A program made the translations under genes and the position numbers. DNA of 64,000 nucleotides from assembly GCA_038087875.1 (NCBI GenBank), contig CM075992.1:8248001-8312000 (forward strand), read 5' to 3'. Position 1 is the stretch's first letter; the number at the start of each line of letters is the position of its first letter. This stretch comes from Malacoraja senta (Eukaryota). Below the pieces are notes generated by a model, which was given only the letters and a program-made list of their open reading frames with translations, had not been told where the DNA came from and did no database searches. Positions 52,859-64,000 of the stretch are shown here, piece after piece.

Positions 52859-53478
52859 ATAGAAATATTGAAAATAGGTGCAGGAGTAGGTCATTCGGCC
52901 CTTCAAGCCAGCACTGCCATTCAATATGATCATGGCTGATCATCCAAAGTCAGTACCCTGTTCCTGCTTTTTCCCCATAATCCCTTGATTCCCTTACCCC
53001 TAAGAGCTTAATCAAATTCTCTCTTGAAAACATCCAGTGAATTGGCCTCCACTGCCTTCTGTGGCAGATAATTCCACAGATTCACAACTCTCTGGGTGAA
53101 AAGAGAGTTTCCTCATCTCAGTCCTAAATGGCCTACCCCTTATTCTTAAACTGTGACCCCTGGTTCTGGACTCGGCCAACGTTGGAAATATTTTTCCTGC
53201 ATCTACCCTGTCCAATCCTCTAAGTATTTTATCTGTTTCGATAAGATATCCTCTCATCCTTCTAAATTCCAGCAAATGCAAGCCCAGTCGACCCATTCTT
53301 TCATCATATGTCAGTCCGGCCATCCCGGGAATTAACCTGGTGAACCTATGCTGCACTCCCTCAATAGCAATAATGTCCTTCCTCAATTTAGGAGACCAAA
53401 ATTGCACATAATACTCCAGGTGCAGTCTCACCAGGGCTCTGTACTACTGCAGTCGGACCTCCTTGCCCCTAAACGTAA
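52859..53478 (-). mobile_element. CR1 3' fragment
   Basis: ORF 53012-53431 HLEYYVQFWSP...; 3' UTR. Confidence 0.9.
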
Positions 53479-53482
53479 ATCT

Positions 53483-54278
53483 AGGTTATCCACTTTGGTG
53501 GCAAAAACAGGAAAGTAGACTCTTACCTGAATGGTGGCCGATTAGGAAAAGGGGAGATGCAACGAGACCTGGGTGTCATGGTACACCAGTCATTGAAAGT
53601 GGGCATGCAGGTGCAGCAGGCAGTGAAGAAGGCGAATGGTATGTTAGCATTCATAGCAAAAGGATTTGAGTATAGGAGCAGGGAGGTTCTACTGCAGTTG
53701 TACAGGGTCTTGGTGAGACCACACCTGGAGTATTGCGTACAGTTTTGGTCTCCTAATCTGAGGAAGGACATTCTTGCCATAGAGGGAGTACAGAGAAGGT
53801 TCACCAGACTGATTCCTGGGATGTCAGGACTTTCATATGGGGAAAGACTGGATAGACTCGGCTTGTACTCGCTGGAATTTAGAAGATTGAGGGGGGATCT
53901 TATAGAAACGTACAAAATTCTTAAGGGGTTCGACAGGCTAGATGCAGGTAGATTGTTCCCAATGTTGGGGAAGTCCAGAACAAGGGGTCACAGTTTAAGG
54001 ATAAAGGGGAAATCTTTTAGGACTGAGACATTTTTTACACAGAGAGTGGTGAATCTCTGGAATTCTCTGCCACAGAATGTAGTTGAGGCCAGTTCATTGG
54101 CTATATTTAAGAGGGAGTTAGATGTGTCCCTTGTGGCTAAAGGGATCAGGGGGTATGGAGAGAAAGCAGGTACAGGATACTGAGTTGGATGATCAGCCAT
54201 GATCATATTGAATGGTGGTGCAGGCTCGAAGGGCCGAATGGCCTACTCCTGCACCTATTTTCTATGTTTCTATGTTTC
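53483..54278 (+). mobile_element. CR1 3' fragment
   Basis: ORF 53557-54183 QRDLGV...[13 protein letters not shown]...GTGY; tail ttctatgtttctatgtttcta. Confidence 0.93.
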
Positions 54279-54279
54279 T

Positions 54280-54955
54280 AAATCCTCTCATAATGAAGGC
54301 CGACATGCTATTAGCTTTCTTCACTGCCAGCTGTACCTGCATGCTTACTTTTAGTGACTGACGTACAAACACACCCATGTCACGTTGCACCTCCACTTCT
54401 CCTAATCTGACACCATTCAGATAATAATCTGCCTTCCTGTTCTTGCCACCAAAGTGGATAACCTCACATTTATCCACATTATACTGCATCTGCCAAGTCA
54501 ACTTGCAGCCTCATAGCATCCTCCTCGCAGCTCACACTGCCACCCAGCTTTGTGTCATCCGCAAACTTAGAGATGTTACATTTAATTCCCTCGTCTCAAT
54601 CGTTAATATATATTGTAAACAACTGGGGTCCCAGCACAGAGCTTTGCGGCACCCCACTAATCACTACCTACCATTCTGAAAAGGGCCCGTTAATTCCTAC
54701 TCTTTGCTTCCTGTCTGCCAACCAGTTCTCTATCCATGTCAATACCAATACCATTTGCACACGAATCTCTTGTATGGGACCTTGTCAAAGTCTTTTTGAA
54801 AGTCCAGATACACCACTGGCTATCGCTTATCTATTCTACTTGTTACATCTTCAAAAAATTCAAAAAGGCTAGTCAAGCAAATTTCCCCTTCATAAATCCA
54901 TGCTGACTTTGACCGATCCCGTAACTGCTTTCCAAATGCGCTGCTTTAATAATCG
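54280..54955 (-). mobile_element. CR1 RT-region fragment
   Basis: SQHGF, GVPQSSVLGP, SKFADDTKLGG, WQMQYNVDKCEVIHFG on the minus strand. Confidence 0.88.
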
Positions 54956-55529
54956 ATAAAGTCAGGATCGAACCCGGGTCCCTGGCGCTCTACTACTGCG
55001 CCACCGTGCCGAGGTGCAGGAAGGGTGGAAAAGGAATGAGAGTATCAGAGAGATACAGGCCCATCAGCCCACTGAGTCAACTGCCGACCTGCACATTTTT
55101 TGGATATGAGAGAAAACAGATGAACTTAGAGGAAACCCACAATCACAGGGGGAAAATGCAGACTCTACACAAATGGCATATGCAGGTCAGCCTAAGAACG
55201 GTTGAGGGTGGTTCGATCCCGACTATGGGTGCTGTCTGTATGGAGTTTGTACGTTCTCCCAGTGACCATGTGGGTTTTCGCCGGTTTCCTCACAAACTCC
55301 AAAGACATATAGGTTTGTAGGTTAATTGCCTTTGGTAAAAATTGTAACGTGTCCCTAGTGTGTCGGATAGTGTTGGTGTACGGGGTATACTGAAAATATT
55401 TCAAAGGGACTCGAGGGGCAACTTTTACCAAACAGAAGGTGTTGGGTCTATGCATTGAGCTGCCAGAGGAAGTAGTAGATGCGGGTAAAATTACAACATT
55501 TAAAAGAAACTCCGTTCCTACCTTTCCAA

Positions 55530-56611
55530 CCGATCCCACTTCATCTCTCTCCACAACCACACCTCTGCCACAGCCACTGTCACTCAAGGCGTTCCCCAAG
55601 GTTCCGTTCTTGGTCCCCTCCTCTTCATCCTCCCCCTTGGTCATATACTCCGTCACTTCAACCTGGACTTCCACTGCTATGCTGATGACACCCAGATCTA
55701 TCTCAGCACCAAATCCCCCCACCACCCCCCTCTCTCCCATATCAACTCCTGCCTGTCAGCCATCAAATCTTGGATGCAACTCAACTTCCTTAAATTAAAA
55801 AGTAACAAAACAGAATTTCTCCTCATTGGCTCCAAATCAACACTCACTAAAATTAACAACCCCACTCTCACTATTGACGGCACCACTGTCTCCCCATCTC
55901 CTCAGGCCCGCAACCTTGGCGTGATCTTTGACTCAACCCTCTCCCTTGAGCCTCACATCCGCCATGTTGTCAAAACATCATTTTTTCACCTCCGCAACAT
56001 TGCCAAAATCAGGTCCTCTCGACTGGACTACTGTAACTCTCTTCTCTTTGGCATCAATTCCAGCAACATCAACCGACTCCAACTGGTCCAGAACGCTGCC
56101 GCCCGACTCATTACCCACACCAAATCCTGGCACCACATCACCCCAGTTCTCAAAGAACTTCACTGGCTTCCCATTTCCCACCGGATCATCTACAAAATCC
56201 TGGTCCTCACCTACAAAGCCCTCAACCACTTGCCCCCCCCTTATCTCACTGACCTCCTCTCCCCCTACCAACCCTCACGGTCTCTCAGATCCACATCAGC
56301 TGGTCTCCTCTCCACTCCGAAATCAAACCTCTGCACTTTTGGAGGCAGAGCCTTCTCCAGGGCAGCTCCCAGGCTCTGGAATTCCCTCCCACAACTGATC
56401 CGAAATTCTGAGTCCCTCACCATCTTCCAGTCCCGCCTCAAGACCCATCTCTTCACCTCTGCATACCCTTAGTCCCATGTCCCCCTCCCCTTTGCATCTC
56501 TGTCTTACTGCTCTATTTTGTTTTTGTTTTTTGTTTTTTTGACTCTCAATGTAAAGCGACTTTGAGTCCTTGAAAAGCGCTATATAGATAAAATGTATTA
56601 TTATTATTATT
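55530..56611 (+). mobile_element. L2 LINE 3' portion
   Basis: FHCYADDTQIY, NFLKLKSNKTE, SRLDYCNSLL, HITPVLKELHWLP, AAPRLWNSLP; L2-type tail gtaaagcgactttgagtccttgaaaagcgctatat...(att)n. Confidence 0.95.
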
Positions 56612-58090
56612 GTCTGGAGGGATGTGGGCAAGGTGCAGGCAAATGGGATCAGTTCAGTTAGGCAACTTGGTTGGCATGGATGATTGGGACAGAAAGGCCT
56701 GTTTTTGATAGAAATAAGATCCTCCCTTAAGTTTCTAAGGAACCAACACATCCCAGAATTAGCCTAATGAATCTCCTTTGGACTGTCCCCAATGCCACTG
56801 TATCTTATCTTAGGTAAGCAGACCAAAACTGTGCACGGTACATGCAGTTATAGCCTCATCAGCACCCTGTAACAAAAGGATGAAGATAGAAGAGGCTGCA
56901 GATGCTGGAATGCGAATCTGGGAAAAAGAATTTGGATCAAAACCCTGCATCAGGACCAATTCCCAAAATTCTCTTTGCCCCACATCCAAACACTCATTCC
57001 TCCAGAAGATTGTTTGTCACAACAAAACCATCCTAGTAGCGAGGGACCAGACTGGGGTTGCAAATTGGGGTGGAGGGAGGAAAGGTTGCGGTTGAGGGGC
57101 TGAAGTGGGGGGAGGAAGAACCTGGGGTAAATAGTCTGAAGTTGTGGGGGAGGGGGTAGGACTTGGATGTACAGGGAGGGAGTGGGGAATGGGAAAGAAG
57201 AACTAGGGGGTTGCGGCAGTAAGGGACCCGGGGGTTGCGGAAGGACTAGAACTGATGGGTGGGGGAGTGGACTTTGATGACCATTTCCGGGGGGGGGGGT
57301 ACAAGAAGCTGAGGAAAAAGATGGATGCTAGAGATGGGTGGTGGGGAGTTGAGAAAGCTGGGGGGAGGGGGAGACTGAGTCAAAGATGGTGGGGTGGGGG
57401 GAGACTGTGATGAAGGTCGAGGTCGGGAGAAGCTGGGAGGTAGGGATGAGGGAAAGGGTGCTGAAAAATTAAAAATGAATGCTCAACTGCATCAATGTGT
57501 CCATTTTCTGGCGCAAAAATTGGTGACCATGACAATGAGCGAAGAATGTTTTCCTCAACTGTTTAATCCTTCCACTAATTAACTTAAATCTTTGTCTCCT
57601 AGTCATTGCCCTCTTTGTTAAGGAAATTATGACCATAGAACCACAGAAATGCCATAACATTTAATGTGTCACATCTATGCCGACTCCTATTATAATTACT
57701 CCCATCAGTCCCATTCTTCATCTCTTTCCCCAGAAGCATGCAAACCCTTCTCCATTTAATGCCCTTGCAATTCACTTCTGAAAGCCCTCAGTGATTACTT
57801 CCACTATGAAGTCTGATTAGTTCCAAATCCGTACTCGCAAAGTTAAAACAAATGTTTTTCTTCACACTTGTATCATGGTCCCAAATTGTTAAACCTGTTT
57901 CCTCTTGGCCCTTGAACCATCCAGTAAGCAAAACTATACTTTGTAGGCAAAAACAAGGGTGCAGATAATTATCTCAATGGGGTTAGGTTAGGTAAGGGGG
58001 AGGTGCAGCGAGACCTGGGCGTCCTTGTACACCAGTCACTGAAAGTTGGCGTGCAGGTACAGCAGGCAGTGAAGAAAGCTAATGGAATGT

Positions 58091-58223
58091 ACACAAAAAT
58101 GCTGGAGAAATTCAGCAGGTGCAGCAGCATCTATGGAGCGAAGGAAATAGGTAACGTTTCGGGCCGAAACCCTTCTTCAGACTGATAGGGGGTGGGGAGA
58201 AGAAAGGAAAAAAGGAAAGGGAA
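58091..58223 (-). mobile_element. Short Penelope 3'-end insertion inside a CR1 ORF2
   Basis: Matches 51005-51135. Duplication aaagctaatggaatgt at 58075-58090 and 58224-58239. Confidence 0.92.
58151..58182 (-). ncRNA. Minimal hammerhead ribozyme-like motif
   Basis: Identical to the motif at 51067-51098. Confidence 0.6.
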
Positions 58224-59904
58224 AAAGCTAATGGAATGTTGGCCTTCATAACAAGAGGATTTCAGTATAGGAGTAAAGAGGTTCTTCAGCAGCTGTATAG
58301 GGCTCTGGTGAGACCACATCTGGAGTATTGTGTACAGTTTTGGTCTCCTAATTTGAGGAAGGACATCCTTGTGGTTGAGGCAGTTCAGCGTAGGTTCACG
58401 AGATTGATCCCTGGGATGGTGGGACTGTCATATGAGGAAAAATTGAGAAGACTAGGCTTGTATTCACTGGTGTTTAGAAGGATGAGGGGGGAACTTATAG
58501 AAACATATAGAATTATAAAGGACAGGACAAGCTAGATGCAGGAAACATGTTCCCAATGTTGGACGAGTCCAGAACCAGGGGCCACAGTCTTAGAATAAAT
58601 GGGAAGCCATTTAAGACTGAGGTGAGAAAAAACTTTTTCACCCAGAGAGTTGTGAATTTGTGGAATTCCCTGCCACAGAGGGCAGTGGAGGCCAAGTCAC
58701 TGGATGGATTTAAGAGAGAGTTAGATCGAGCTCTCGGAGCTGGTGGAATCAAGGGATATGGGGAGAAGGCAGGCACGGGTTATTGATTGGGGACGATCAG
58801 CCATGATCACAATGAATGGCGGTGCTGGCTCGAAGGGCCGAATGGCCTCCTGCACCTATTTTCTATGTTTATACTATTCAAAACTGAAGAAGGATCTCGA
58901 CCCGAAATGCTGCCTGTCCTGTTGAGTTACTCCAGCATTTTGTGTCTATCTTCGGTGTAAACCAGCACCTGCAGTTCCTTCCTCCACAGCAAGCAAAACT
59001 ATTTCCCTCTTTTTACCCCAACATGATCTTATTTTCTTCTCAACCTTCTATGCTTCAATGATAAAAACCCGACCAGCTGTTCTATCTTCGAGGAGATTCT
59101 TCCTATTCACCCCTTCGTAGCCTCTCATAATTTTGTCCACTTAAAAGTCCCCAATATTCTAGAGAAACTATTTAAGCCGAATAAGAAAAGACAAGAGATT
59201 GCAGATGCTGGAATCTGGAGAAAAAAAAAAACTGCTGGACGAATTCAGTAGATCGAGCAGCATCTTTGTGAGAATTGTTGATATCTTTGGGTCAATTTCT
59301 GACTGCACAAATGAAACATTTTATGCCAACCTAACCGGACATAAAACATCACTTACACAGGATGAAGACTGTGACCACGGCAAAATGTATTCACAGAATA
59401 AATGAAAATAGGATAAAAGAGGAAATCATGTTGGGGTATAAACAAAGTGCTGGGAGAGAGGTCAGTGTGGCAATGCATATATGGTAAACACCTGAACAAC
59501 TCACTACACAGTTACTCTCAGTAAAAATCTTATTTCCTGAGCTGGTTCTGCTATAAACGCACAAATTAGGAGTCGACCATTTGTCAGCTCATGCCCACAC
59601 AGACTCAAGATCATGACCGATCTCATTGCAACTTCAATTCTGCAACCCCATTAACCCAAAGTGACACTGCATCGCCACAGTATCATTTCAGCCCTTATCT
59701 GGTAATCAGCTGCATCAGCCTTTTAAAAAAAAATGTTCACCACCTTTTGAAGAAGAGTTCTATAAATGCACAACTCTCAAGACTAAAATATATTTATCAC
59801 CTCTATCTTAAATGGGCAAATCCTTATTTGAAAACAATAACATATATTTCTGAATTCTCCAAAGCGTCTCGCTATAAAGACTCTTCTCACTCCAGTGCTG
59901 GCAC

Positions 59905-61133
59905 TTACTGTAAACGCACTCCCTTCTGCTGGGAGTCAATGTAAACACGTAATCTTCTTCCAGTTTCCGACACTAACTGTAAAAAGCTTCCCAATTCATG
60001 TTGCTGGGCTCGCTGTAAAATAGTCTCCCCAGTCCCTGTTTGGAATCACCGCAAACAGGCTCTTCAGTCCCTGTGCTGAGAATTACTGTAAAACAGCCTC
60101 ACCTCTCCCTGTGGTTGGACTCATTGTAAACAGCCCCCCTGGTTCTTCCGTATAGGAGGAGACTGCACATCTCGACTGGGACTGTAACTAACCTCCCCAA
60201 TCACTGTGCTGGGACTTGCTATAAACAGTCTCCCCCCGAGACTTGCTGTAAACAGCCTCCCTTGCCCCTGCGTTGGGTCCCCTAAAAACAACCTGCCCAG
60301 TCCCTCTGTTGGGTCCCACTGTACACAGCCTCAACGGTCGCTGTGCTGGGACCCACTGTACACAGTCTCCCTGTTACCCATGTTGGGTCCCACTGTACAC
60401 AACCTCCCCGGTCCCTGTGTTGGGTCCTGCTGCAAACAGCCTCCCGCTGAGACTCGCTGTACTTAGCCTCTCCGGCCTCTGTGTTGGGTCCCACTGTAAA
60501 CAGCCTCCCAAGTCCCCTTTTGTTGGATTTCACTGCAAACAGCCTCCCCACTCCCTGTGCTGAGAATCACCGTAAAACAGCCTCCCCTCTACGCGAGGTT
60601 AGATTCACTATAAACAGCCTCCCTTGGTTCCTCTGTGTGAGAAGGAACTGCACAACTCTACTGGGACAATGTAAATAGCCTCCCCGTCCACTCGCTATAA
60701 ACAGCCTCCCCGAGACTCGAAGATAGACATAAAATGCTAGAGTAACTCAGTGGGACAGGCAGCATCTCTGGAGAGAAGGAATGTGTGATGTTTCAGGTCA
60801 AGACCCTTCTGCAGGACCCTGTGTTGGGTCGAACTGTAAACAGCCTCCCTGTTCTCTGTGCCGGGACTCGCTGTACACAGCCTACCTGATCCCCGTGTTG
60901 GATCCCACTACACACAGCCTCTGTGATGGGTCCCGCTGTTCACAGCCTCTGTGATGGACCCGCTGTACACAGCCTCTGTGATGGACCCCGCTGTACACAG
61001 CCTCCCCGGTAACTAGGGTCCAACTGTACGCACCTCCCTGGTCCCCGTGTTGGATCCCACTGTAAACAGCCTCCCCAGCTCTTCTACTGGGACTCGCTGT
61101 AAACAGCCTCCCTCGTCCCCATGTTATGTCCTG
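59905..61133. repeat. Degenerate tandem repeat field (about 28-40 bp units)
   Basis: Recurring CTGTA(A/C)ACAGCCTCCC...CCCTGTGTTGGGTCCCA. Confidence 0.8.
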
Positions 61134-61735
61134 CTGTACACAGCCTCTGTACTTGGGCTCACTGTACACAGCCTCTGTACTTGGGCTCACTGTACACAGC
61201 CTCTGTACTTGGTCCAACTGTGCACAGCCTCTGTACTTGGTCTCGCTGTACACAGCCTCTGTACTTGGTCTCACTGTACACAGCCTCTGTACTTGGGCTC
61301 ACTGTACACAGCCTCTGTACTTGGTCCAACTGTACACAGCCTCTGTACTTGGTCCAACTGTACACAGCCTCTGTACTTGGTCCAACTGTACACAGCCTCT
61401 GTACTTGGTCCAACTGTACACAGCCTCTGTACTTGGTCTCACTGTACACAGCCTCTGTACTTGGTCCGGCTGTACACAGCCTCTGTACTTGGTCTCGCTG
61501 TACACAGCCTCTGTACTTGGTCTCGCTGTACACAGCGTCTGTACTTGGTCTCGCTGTACACAGCCTCTGTACTTGGTCTCGCTGTACACAGCCTCTGTAC
61601 TTGGTCTCACTGTACACAGCCTCTGTACTTGGTCTCACTGTACACAGCGTCTGTACTTGGTCTCGCTGTACACAGCCTCTGTACTTGGTCTCGCTGTACA
61701 CAGCCTCTGTACTTGGTCTCGCTGTACACAGCGTC
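61134..61735. repeat. 28-bp minisatellite, about 21 copies
   Basis: Unit CTGTACACAGCCTCTGTACTTGGTCTC(G/A), with variants GGGCTCA and GGTCCAA. Confidence 0.95.
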
Positions 61736-61954
61736 CCTGGTCCCCATGTTCGGTCGCACTGTGTGCAGCCTATGCTGGGACCGTCTCCCTGACAGGTGGA
61801 TCTCCCGAGGCCAACTCCACCACCACCCCCGGCCCACAGGGAGAGTCGGTGCCGTCTCTCTCGGCCCCCCGGTAGGTGGCTGCGAGGGCCGACCGACCAG
61901 GGGCTCGAGCGTTTCCGCCATCAGCCGCACTGGGCCGGGGAGGCCGGCTTCACC

Positions 61955-61976
61955 TCTCTCTCCCTCTCTCCCTCAC

Positions 61977-62019
<43 letters not shown>
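61955..62019. repeat. (TC)n microsatellite abutting the exon 1 donor
   Basis: TC run directly after GTAAGA on the minus strand. Confidence 0.95.
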
Positions 62020-62022
<3 letters not shown>

Positions 62023-62043
62023 CGGGATCGGCTCGCCGGACAT
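62023..62043 (-). CDS. pkn1: PKN1-like coding exon 1 (MSGEPIP)
   Basis: ATG TCC GGC GAG CCG ATC CCG followed by a strong donor GTAAGA, inside a CpG island. Phase 0 fits exon 2. Seven codons, the same length as the human PKN1 N-terminus MASDAVQ as recalled. Confidence 0.75.
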
Positions 62044-62249
62044 CCCGCAGAGACGGCGGCCGGAGCCGGGGACCGATGGCAGGTGCAGGTGGGGCGGCGA
62101 GCAGCCGACGAGCCGCCCTGTCGCCGAGGTTCCACCGCCGCCGCCTCGCTCACTGCGCGCGCACGTTCGCTCGCTCGCTCGCTCGCCCGCGCGCGTTCCC
62201 GCCCAACCGTCCGCCCCGCGCGCTCCCGCGCTCATCCCCATGGCGACCG

Positions 62250-62259
62250 GTGACGTCAC
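62250..62259. promoter_or_regulatory. Palindromic CRE/ATF site
   Basis: GTGACGTCAC about 210 bp upstream of the pkn1 ATG. Confidence 0.55.
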
Positions 62260-63134
62260 TGCTCGGGCACGCGCTTGCCTCAACAAACCCCCCCCCCCTG
62301 GCGCGGGCACGAGCGCGGGACCCTGGGCTCCCGCACTGGGAGGCGCGCACCCGTCTTGGTTCTTGGTTTCTTGGTTCTCCAAAATATTCCAAATGGAATT
62401 TAAACTGGAATTTAAGCCAGAAAGGGTTTTTGGGAAGAAAGAGCTACCTTAAATTTAGTTGCATCTGGTTGGGTCATAAGGAATGGGAGTAGAATGAGGC
62501 CATTCGGCCCATTACGTCCATTCAATCATGGCTGATCTATCTCTCCTTCCTAACCCCATTCTCCTGCCTTCTCCCGGTAACATCTGACACCTGACCCGTC
62601 CTCTCACTACATAGAAGTTTGAGCCGTCAGATGTTAACTCAATCATTCTGCTAAACCTCCTCCAGCGCCAAGTACACACCCTTCCTCAGATACGGGCCCC
62701 AAAACTGCTCACAAACTCCAAATATGGTCTGAAGAAGGGTTCCCCCCCCCCCCCCCCCAACCACCAAAACATCACCTATCCATGTCCTCCAGAGATGCTA
62801 TGGGAAGGGTCTCGACCTGAAATGTCACCCTTTCCTTCTCTCCAGAGATGCTGCCTGTCCTGCTGAATTACTGCAGCATTTTGTGTCTAACCTCCAGAGA
62901 TGCAGCCCGACTCACTGAGTTACTCCAACTCTTGTTCTTTTAATAATATAGAATAGTACAACACAGGAACAGGCCCATTCGGCACACAATGTGAAGAGTC
63001 AAGAATGTGTTATAGTTAACAATTAAATTCTTGAAGCAGCACAACAGAATATGTAAACATAGTACTCTGTAAACAATATAGTAAACGAGAAAAATATGAG
63101 GTTGCTGTTCCTCCAATTTGTGTGTGGCCTCACT

Positions 63135-63802
63135 GGGGTTGCCAACTGTCTCGTATTAGCCGGGACATCCCTTATATCGGCTAAATTGGTTTGTCCGAAA
63201 CAGGACCGCCCTTGTCCCGTATTTGACTGTCATCACCAGAGGGCACACTTACAGACAGATCCTAGATCTGATACAACAGCGTGCATGCGTGTTGCATGTG
63301 CTGTTGACGCCATGCACAAGTGATTCGCCTGTCATGCAACCCTTATGCGCTTCAGTTGTACGTTATAATTTGTCAATTCCTGCTAAAACAAAACGTTTCA
63401 GTTACGTCTGGTGTTGTTTGGTCGCTTTGGCATATGCAAATATGGATAAACCTGCAAAAAAAAGGAAAGACTGTACAGCTATAACAAGCAATGGGAAGCA
63501 AAAATGTCGTGGGTTAAGCCCATCAGCAGTGACTCGGCGAAGGCCTTCTGTACTATGCCGTCGGGAATTTTAAATTGGCCATGGAGGTGAGAATGACCTA
63601 ACTCAGCATGCTTCCACAGAAGTGCACAAGAAGGCCACACTAGCTAAAGGTGCAAGCAATATTGGTGCATTCTTCGTGAAATCCACTGCGGAAAATGACA
63701 AAATCGCAGCAAGTGAAGCCTCGTATGTGTACCATACGGTTAAACACGGACTCAGCTACAACAGCATCGGCTGTCTTGCTAAGCTCAACGGTGCTTTGTT
63801 TA
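63135..63802 (+). mobile_element. hAT-family transposon 5' end with degenerate transposase N-terminus
   Basis: End GGGGTTGCCAAC. From ATG 63442, with frameshifts and a stop: MDKPAKKRK..YSYNKQWE..WVKP..AFCT.CRREF.IGHGGENDLTQHASTEVHKK (BED-like finger)..AASEASYVYHTVKHGLSYNSIGC. Confidence 0.75.
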
Positions 63803-64000
63803 AGGGGCTGTCCCACTTGGGCGACCTAATCCGCGAGTTAAGAAGAGTGTCTTCGACCTTCAAGCTCGAGGGCACTCGCCTGGAAAGTCTCGAGCTGGAT
63901 CGACCGTCCGCGTTGAAACCGCGAGCTGGATCGACTGACCGCACACACAAACACATCGCAAAGGCGGGGGCCAGGGAAAGCGGGGGAGCGCTGTCTGAAA
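63803..64000. mobile_element. Harbinger-type element left end, runs off the window
   Basis: tta|AGGGGCTGTCCCACTT, matching the TIR family. Interrupts the hAT ORF. Confidence 0.7.

Larger units (their letters stand above)
57945..58870 (+). mobile_element. CR1 3' fragment interrupted by a Penelope end
   Basis: QRDLGVLVHQSLKV...KKANGM[insertion]LAFITRG...GTGY. Confidence 0.92.
61740..62360 (-). promoter_or_regulatory. CpG island / pkn1 promoter and 5' UTR
   Basis: Very GC- and CpG-rich unique sequence around exon 1, with GC boxes (CCGCCC) and a palindromic CRE. Confidence 0.85.

Noticed and set aside
59905..61735. CRISPR-like repeat and spacer appearance
   Set aside because: Units are contiguous tandem copies without unique spacers, the context is vertebrate, and no cas genes are present.
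61047..62492. 481-aa and overlapping Cys-rich ORFs
   Set aside because: Artefact of a stop-free 28-bp minisatellite plus a GC-rich island. The peptide repeats every 28 aa in all frames.

Overview
Eukaryotic, repeat-rich vertebrate DNA, most likely from a cartilaginous fish (shark/ray/skate), judged from HE1/V-SINE-like SINEs and elasmobranch-type CR1 and Penelope repeats. The window holds the 5' half of a protein kinase N gene, best matching PKN1, on the minus strand. It comprises a CpG-island promoter near 62.2 kb, a 7-codon first coding exon, and coding exons 2-9 (HR1a/b/c Rho-binding repeats and the C2-like domain). Exon 10 onward, including the kinase domain, was not found and presumably lies left of position 1. 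All splice phases are consistent except for an apparent 1-bp insertion in exon 2 (37764/37765) that frameshifts the gene, and the exon 7 donor is unusually weak. The introns are packed with nested mobile elements: CR1, L2 and Rex1-like LINEs, V-SINEs, a full-length degenerate Tc1 transposon, PIF/Harbinger-type MITEs and two related solo LTRs. A hAT transposase relic lies upstream of the promoter. Many Penelope-like elements and their short derivatives carry minimal hammerhead-ribozyme motifs. A 28-bp minisatellite grading into a degenerate ~37-bp repeat field lies at the start of intron 1. I found no clearly new biological system. The best leads are the hammerhead-bearing Penelope family and the two single-base anomalies in pkn1. 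Family names come from recalled motifs, not database searches.
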